Below, one piece after another: positions 61,958-64,000 of a stretch of 64,000 nucleotides of DNA. The stretch is from an uncultured Desulfatitalea sp. GTDB lineage: Bacteria > Desulfobacterota > Desulfobacteria > Desulfobacterales > Desulfosarcinaceae. The translations under genes and the position numbers were made by a program. Location of the stretch: contig CAXXMB010000002.1 of assembly GCA_963668675.2 (NCBI GenBank), forward strand, positions 2,688,001 through 2,752,000. Reading direction: 5' to 3'. The notes under the pieces are model-generated. The model made no database searches, was not told the DNA's origin, and saw only the letters and a program-made list of their open reading frames with translations. Every line of letters starts with the position of its first letter. Position 1 is the stretch's first letter.

Positions 61958-61974
61958 AGCAATGTTGGTGCCAG
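61958..61974 (-). promoter_or_regulatory. Sigma-54 promoter
   Basis: Minus strand CTGGCACCAACATTGCT matches TGGCAC-N5-TTGC, about 60 bp upstream of the ATG. Confidence 0.8.
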
Positions 61975-62381
61975 GTAGCTCTAATGCATAGCGGTCTCCC
62001 TCGATTTTTTTGTAAGCAGAAGAAAATTAATGGGTTCTCACTTCACGGGGAAAATATCCTTGATTCGATGCATATGGCACTTCGTATAGCGTGTTACGAT
62101 TTCGAACTTTCGGGTGTCATTTTCGTAACTCGAAAGGCTGCTGTTTGTAATCGGAGAAGACGTGAGACGATACGTCGCGATCGTAATCTCCGCCTGCTCC
62201 GAAACAGGGCGCAATCTCTATCTGAGAAAGTGTACTTCTTTGTCCCGGCTATTGCCGGCCGGTTCCAAGTACATTTCTATCCATCAAATTTTAAGGACAG
62301 TTGATTGTTCGTGGGAAATCGCTTCGCCGAAGGCACCATAATTGCGTACCAGGTGAGGCGGGGCGAAACGATGAGGGAGCT

Positions 62382-63881
62382 ATGGCATTTTTGAATATAG
62401 TTAAATACGCGCTTTGTAAACCCCTTTTGCCTTTAATGGTGGTATTGTTCCTGATCGGTTGCGGCGGTACGGCATCCGATACCGGTGACGGGGGAGCAGA
62501 GGCGCAGGAGGATTCGACGCCGGCCGGCGATCCGGTTCCAGGATCGTCCGAACCGATCGCATGTGATGAGGGCGATGCCGGAGTTGCCGGCAACACTTTC
62601 TATCTCGACCCGGTTTCGGGCAGCAACGATAATGACGGCTCGGTGGGAAGTCCCTGGGGCAGTTTGCAGTCGGTGGTCGAGGCGGGCATGATCGAGACGC
62701 GCGCATATGCCGACCTTCCCTATGACGGTGACAACGATCTGGTAGCCCAAAACCCGGGGGCGCCTGTCAAGGCCGGCGATACGCTGGTGCTGCTCGACGG
62801 TTTTCACGGGGAGTGCTATCTTCGCGGTGCCTACAACGAATATCCCATCACGATCAGCGCGGCCGTCGGGCAACGGCCCATGCTTTCGCGGGTTTTTATC
62901 TCGGCGGCCGCCAATTGGCACTTCAGGGGGTTGACGGTCTCTCCTTCCACTGCCGCGACTTATGAAACCCGCACCTTGGTGCAGATCGAATCTCATGGCT
63001 GGCATGGCCCGGCCTCTCACATCGTGGTCGAAGATTGTGACCTCTACTCCGTGTCTGACACCTCCGCCTGGAGCGCGGACGATTGGAACACATTGGCCTG
63101 CAGCGCCATATCGGCCTCCGGCGACTGCATGACCATCCGTGGTAATTACTGCAAGAATGTCAACTTCGGGATCTCACTCAGCGGCAACGGCGGCGTGGTG
63201 AACGGCAACACCGTCGAGAATTTCAGTGGCGACGGTATGCGCGGACTGGGCAATGACCTGGTTTTCGAGTACAATCTGGTGAAGAACTGTTATGCGGTCA
63301 ACGCCAACCACGACGATGGGTTCCAGTCGTGGTCCATCAACGACGATCCGCCCCGGGAGCGCGTCGTGCTGCGCGGCAACACCTTTATCAACTATGAAGA
63401 TCCCAACCAGCCGTTCCGCGGCACCCTGCAGGGGATCGGCTGCTTCGACGGCTTCTACGTCGACTGGGTGGTCGAGAACAACCTGGTGATCACCGACCAC
63501 TGGCACGGCATCTCCCTGTATGGCGCCGTCAACTGCCGTATCGTCAACAACACCGTGGTGGACCGCAACGACGAGAGTCCCGGCCCGCCCTGGATTCGCG
63601 TCAATCCCCATAAAGACGGCACACCGAGTGAAGGGTGTTTGATCCGCAACAATATTGTCCCGAGTGTCGTTGCCACCGGCGATACGGTAGCGGATCACAA
63701 TCATCTTCTGACCGCAGGTGACGATCTTTTTGTGGATCCCGACTATTTCGACTTTCACCTGCGCGCCGATGCGACGGCGGTTATCGATGTCGGTAGCGCC
63801 GATCTGGCACCCTCCGAGGACCACGATGGCATCATTCGCCCGCAAGGCGCCGGGATCGATCTGGGCTGCTACGAACGGTAA
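62382..63881 (+). CDS. Acidic parallel beta-helix (pectin lyase-like) lipoprotein
   Basis: Lipobox LIGC; FYLDP..GSN.NDGS...PW.SLQ; repeated Asn-rich turns; C-terminal DFHL...ID.G...DLGCYE. Confidence 0.85.
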   Translation: MAFLNIVKYALCKPLLPLMVVLFLIGCGGTASDTGDGGAEAQEDSTPAGDPVPGSSEPIACDEGDAGVAGNTFYLDPVSGSNDNDGSVGSPWGSLQSVVEAGMIETRAYADLPYDGDNDLVAQNPGAPVKAGDTLVLLDGFHGECYLRGAYNEYPITISAAVGQRPMLSRVFISAAANWHFRGLTVSPSTAATYETRTLVQIESHGWHGPASHIVVEDCDLYSVSDTSAWSADDWNTLACSAISASGDCMTIRGNYCKNVNFGISLSGNGGVVNGNTVENFSGDGMRGLGNDLVFEYNLVKNCYAVNANHDDGFQSWSINDDPPRERVVLRGNTFINYEDPNQPFRGTLQGIGCFDGFYVDWVVENNLVITDHWHGISLYGAVNCRIVNNTVVDRNDESPGPPWIRVNPHKDGTPSEGCLIRNNIVPSVVATGDTVADHNHLLTAGDDLFVDPDYFDFHLRADATAVIDVGSADLAPSEDHDGIIRPQGAGIDLGCYER

Positions 63882-64000
63882 GGGGCGAGCAGCTGGCCCG
63901 GGTGGTTATCGATTTTGTGCAGATGTAGGAGACGTCTTGCCCCATGGGTAGGGCGTCGGCTGTCCCGGGCGATTGATCTGCTCCGGCCCCTTCACACCGA

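Noticed and set aside
61891..62304. 137-aa ORF between the FN3 and beta-helix genes
   Set aside because: Overlaps the sigma-54 promoter and divergent regulatory region; atypical composition

Overview
Chromosomal window from a sulfate-reducing deltaproteobacterium; the gene content suggests Desulfobacterales (inference, no marker gene present). 0.7-20.3 kb: a co-directional respiratory cluster with a heme-motif sensor kinase, a REC-kinase, rrf2, hmcABCDEF (16-heme HmcA; small hmcD missed by the ORF track), a USP/response-regulator/kinase block, tmcDCBA and a single-domain receiver. 22-39 kb: metal-uptake region with znuACB-zur, feoA-feoB-feoC-porin, a DtxR/MntR regulator, and a TroABCD-like transporter whose two permeases both carry DtxR-like tails. 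The remainder holds an unexplained three-gene exported-protein operon, a PAS sensor, a DUF1566 protein, a Liv-type ABC operon with an embedded acyl-CoA ligase, a nitroreductase, a hybrid kinase, USP, MCP, Fe-ADH, a CMD-family protein and two secreted proteins. Best candidate for a new system: feoA has a leader terminator with duplicated AAGGCG(C/T)AA motifs, and the adjacent 97-aa Cys-containing basic protein has an identically built promoter, suggesting a second, RNA-level control of iron uptake. Several REP/MITE-like repeats are present. No rRNA, tRNA, CRISPR array or transposase was seen. All family calls are by motif recognition, not database search.
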